NCBI RefSeq assembly: GCF_000195955.2
Contig: NC_000962.3
Location: 1,980,001 to 2,012,000 of the forward strand
Length of the DNA: 32,000 nt
Reading direction: 5' to 3'
Source: Mycobacterium tuberculosis H37Rv
GTDB lineage: Bacteria > Actinomycetota > Actinomycetes > Mycobacteriales > Mycobacteriaceae
Shown here: positions 29,995 to 32,000 of the stretch, piece after piece
How positions within the stretch are numbered: position 1 is the stretch's first letter
How the letters are laid out: every line of letters starts with the position of its first letter
The notes under the pieces: generated by a model
Database searches by the model: none
Seen by the model: the letters and a program-made list of their open reading frames with translations, nothing else
What the model was told of the DNA's origin: nothing
Made by a program: the position numbers and the translations under genes

Positions 29995-30555
29995 TCAGCT
30001 TTGCTCGGCAAACGCTGGCGCCACGTATTTTTCGACCAGCCGGCGTTCGGCTTCGTCGTTCTCAGCTGGCCAATACATCAGTGAGAGCACCACGCGTACC
30101 ACCCATTTCGCGCCTTGCGGATCACCGCCGGCTATGCCGGTGAGCTCGGTAGCAAAGTCCGCAAGCAACGGTGACTCGGTGAGCCAGGCCAATTCACCGG
30201 CGCCACCGTGGATCGAGCCGAACATGAGCTTGCCCAGCGGGTCGGATCGGATTCGCTGAAGCGATAACAGGATCGCCGCGACGACTCGCTCCCGCCCCCG
30301 CAGAGTTTCGACATCCGAGCGCACGCCGTCGGCGATCCGGGCCGCGGCCCGGGTCAGAACGACATCCCGGATCTGGGCCTTGCCGCCGGCACGGCGGTAG
30401 ATGGTCGCTCGGGAGCAGTGGACCTCGCGGGCTAATTTGTCGATGTCGAGTGCGTTGAGCCCGTAGCGCGTAATGAGGTCGGTTGCGGCGGCGTAGATCC
30501 GTTCGGCAGCGATCGTGCGGCGGTTGCCGCCCACGATCCAATCGTTACCCGGCAC
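29995..30555 (-). CDS. TetR-family transcriptional regulator (Rv1776c)
   Basis: AERIYAAATDLITRYGLNALDIDKLAREVHCSRATIYRRAGGKAQIRDVVL: TetR N-terminal HTH. Confidence 0.92.
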   Translation of the reverse strand: MPGNDWIVGGNRRTIAAERIYAAATDLITRYGLNALDIDKLAREVHCSRATIYRRAGGKAQIRDVVLTRAAARIADGVRSDVETLRGRERVVAAILLSLQRIRSDPLGKLMFGSIHGGAGELAWLTESPLLADFATELTGIAGGDPQGAKWVVRVVLSLMYWPAENDEAERRLVEKYVAPAFAEQS

Positions 30556-30595
30556 TGGTCAGGCGCATTTCCATCGAGAGGCGAAGAGCGATTCT

Positions 30596-30608
30596 TCTCA
30601 TAGTGAGA
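30596..30608. promoter_or_regulatory. Perfect palindrome TCTCA-TAG-TGAGA in the divergent tetR/cyp144 intergenic region
   Basis: attctTCTCATAGTGAGAcac. Confidence 0.35.
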
Positions 30609-30655
30609 CACAAGCCTTACTTATTCTCATCGTAGTTGCAGGTCCGCCTCCCGCG

Positions 30656-31960
30656 GTGAGACGTTCGCCGAAAGGCTCCCCGGGCGCAGTTCTCGACTTG
30701 CAGCGACGCGTTGACCAGGCGGTATCCGCCGATCACGCTGAACTAATGACAATTGCCAAGGATGCCAACACGTTCTTTGGTGCCGAATCCGTGCAGGACC
30801 CCTACCCGCTGTATGAGCGCATGCGCGCCGCAGGCTCGGTCCACCGGATCGCTAACTCGGACTTCTATGCCGTGTGCGGTTGGGACGCTGTCAATGAGGC
30901 CATCGGTCGTCCGGAGGACTTCTCCTCGAATTTGACCGCCACGATGACCTATACGGCCGAGGGCACCGCTAAACCGTTCGAGATGGACCCACTCGGCGGA
31001 CCCACACACGTGTTGGCCACCGCCGACGATCCTGCCCACGCCGTGCACCGCAAGCTCGTGCTGCGTCACTTGGCGGCCAAGCGGATCCGCGTTATGGAGC
31101 AGTTCACCGTACAGGCTGCCGACCGGCTGTGGGTCGACGGCATGCAGGATGGGTGCATCGAATGGATGGGCGCCATGGCCAATCGCCTACCGATGATGGT
31201 CGTAGCTGAGCTCATCGGCCTGCCCGACCCCGACATCGCCCAGCTGGTGAAGTGGGGATACGCGGCCACTCAGCTACTCGAAGGGTTGGTCGAAAACGAT
31301 CAGCTCGTCGCCGCGGGTGTGGCGTTGATGGAGCTCAGCGGTTACATCTTCGAGCAGTTTGACCGTGCCGCGGCCGATCCGCGGGACAATCTGCTCGGTG
31401 AGCTTGCCACCGCCTGCGCATCGGGGGAGCTGGACACTCTCACCGCCCAGGTCATGATGGTCACCTTGTTCGCCGCCGGCGGCGAGTCCACGGCGGCGCT
31501 GCTGGGCAGCGCGGTATGGATACTGGCGACACGTCCCGATATCCAGCAACAGGTGCGCGCGAACCCCGAGCTGCTGGGAGCGTTTATCGAAGAGACGCTG
31601 CGTTACGAGCCGCCATTTCGCGGCCACTACCGCCACGTGCGAAACGCCACCACCTTGGACGGCACGGAACTGCCCGCGGATTCGCACCTGCTGCTGTTGT
31701 GGGGCGCGGCCAACCGCGATCCAGCCCAGTTCGAGGCACCCGGCGAGTTCCGTCTTGACCGTGCAGGAGGCAAAGGCCACATCAGTTTCGGAAAAGGGGC
31801 CCACTTCTGTGTCGGCGCTGCACTGGCACGCTTGGAGGCTCGAATCGTCTTGCGTCTGCTGCTCGATCGCACCTCGGTAATTGAGGCAGCCGATGTCGGC
31901 GGGTGGTTGCCCAGTATCCTGGTGCGCCGCATCGAGCGGCTAGAGCTAGCTGTACAATAG
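30656..31960 (+). CDS. cyp144: Cytochrome P450 CYP144 (Rv1777)
   Basis: FGKGAHFCVGAALARLEARIV haem-binding motif; GESTAALLGSAVW I-helix; ETLRYEPP ExxR motif. GTG start at 30656 inferred. Confidence 0.95.
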   Translation: MRRSPKGSPGAVLDLQRRVDQAVSADHAELMTIAKDANTFFGAESVQDPYPLYERMRAAGSVHRIANSDFYAVCGWDAVNEAIGRPEDFSSNLTATMTYTAEGTAKPFEMDPLGGPTHVLATADDPAHAVHRKLVLRHLAAKRIRVMEQFTVQAADRLWVDGMQDGCIEWMGAMANRLPMMVVAELIGLPDPDIAQLVKWGYAATQLLEGLVENDQLVAAGVALMELSGYIFEQFDRAAADPRDNLLGELATACASGELDTLTAQVMMVTLFAAGGESTAALLGSAVWILATRPDIQQQVRANPELLGAFIEETLRYEPPFRGHYRHVRNATTLDGTELPADSHLLLLWGAANRDPAQFEAPGEFRLDRAGGKGHISFGKGAHFCVGAALARLEARIVLRLLLDRTSVIEAADVGGWLPSILVRRIERLELAVQ

Positions 31961-32000
31961 GCGCTCGACGACTCCTATTGCAGCACAACGGATATCAGCA

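Overview
The window matches the Mycobacterium tuberculosis complex chromosome. It looks like the H37Rv-type arrangement of Rv1751-Rv1777, and window coordinate + 1,980,000 reproduces the H37Rv gene coordinates I remember. Contents in order: 3' end of an FAD monooxygenase (Rv1751); a decayed Gfo/Idh/MocA oxidoreductase (Rv1752 region); PPE24 with a 78-bp x6 VNTR; secreted DUF4185-like Rv1754c; truncated plcD; IS6110 copy 1 (minus strand); 5'-truncated cutinase cut1; PE_PGRS gene wag22; a WS/DGAT acyltransferase (Rv1760); Rv1761c-Rv1762c; IS6110 copy 2 (plus strand); a 3'-truncated 13E12/HNH protein (Rv1765c); a degenerate IS3-family transposase (Rv1765A region); a CsoR-like repressor (Rv1766) with an AhpD-like protein (Rv1767); PE_PGRS31; the run Rv1769-Rv1770-Rv1771; ANTAR-like Rv1772; IclR regulator Rv1773c; BBE-type FAD oxidoreductase Rv1774 with PhlG-like Rv1775; TetR regulator Rv1776c; and cyp144. 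I see no CRISPR array, rRNA, tRNA, phage defence island or obviously new large system. The most useful observations are: (1) a CsoR/CstR-like regulator lacking the copper-ligand His, next to an AhpD-like gene, with similar palindromic operator-like sites upstream of both; (2) IS6110 junctions that lack target duplications and create chimeric ORFs, including an apparently unannotated 44-aa single-TM ORF started by an ATG inside the IS6110 terminal repeat, exactly as in truncated cut1; (3) a multi-part oxidoreductase relic around Rv1752; (4) an ANTAR-like domain in Rv1772; (5) a PhlG-like/BBE-like/IclR catabolic module with 22-bp-spaced direct repeats in its control region.
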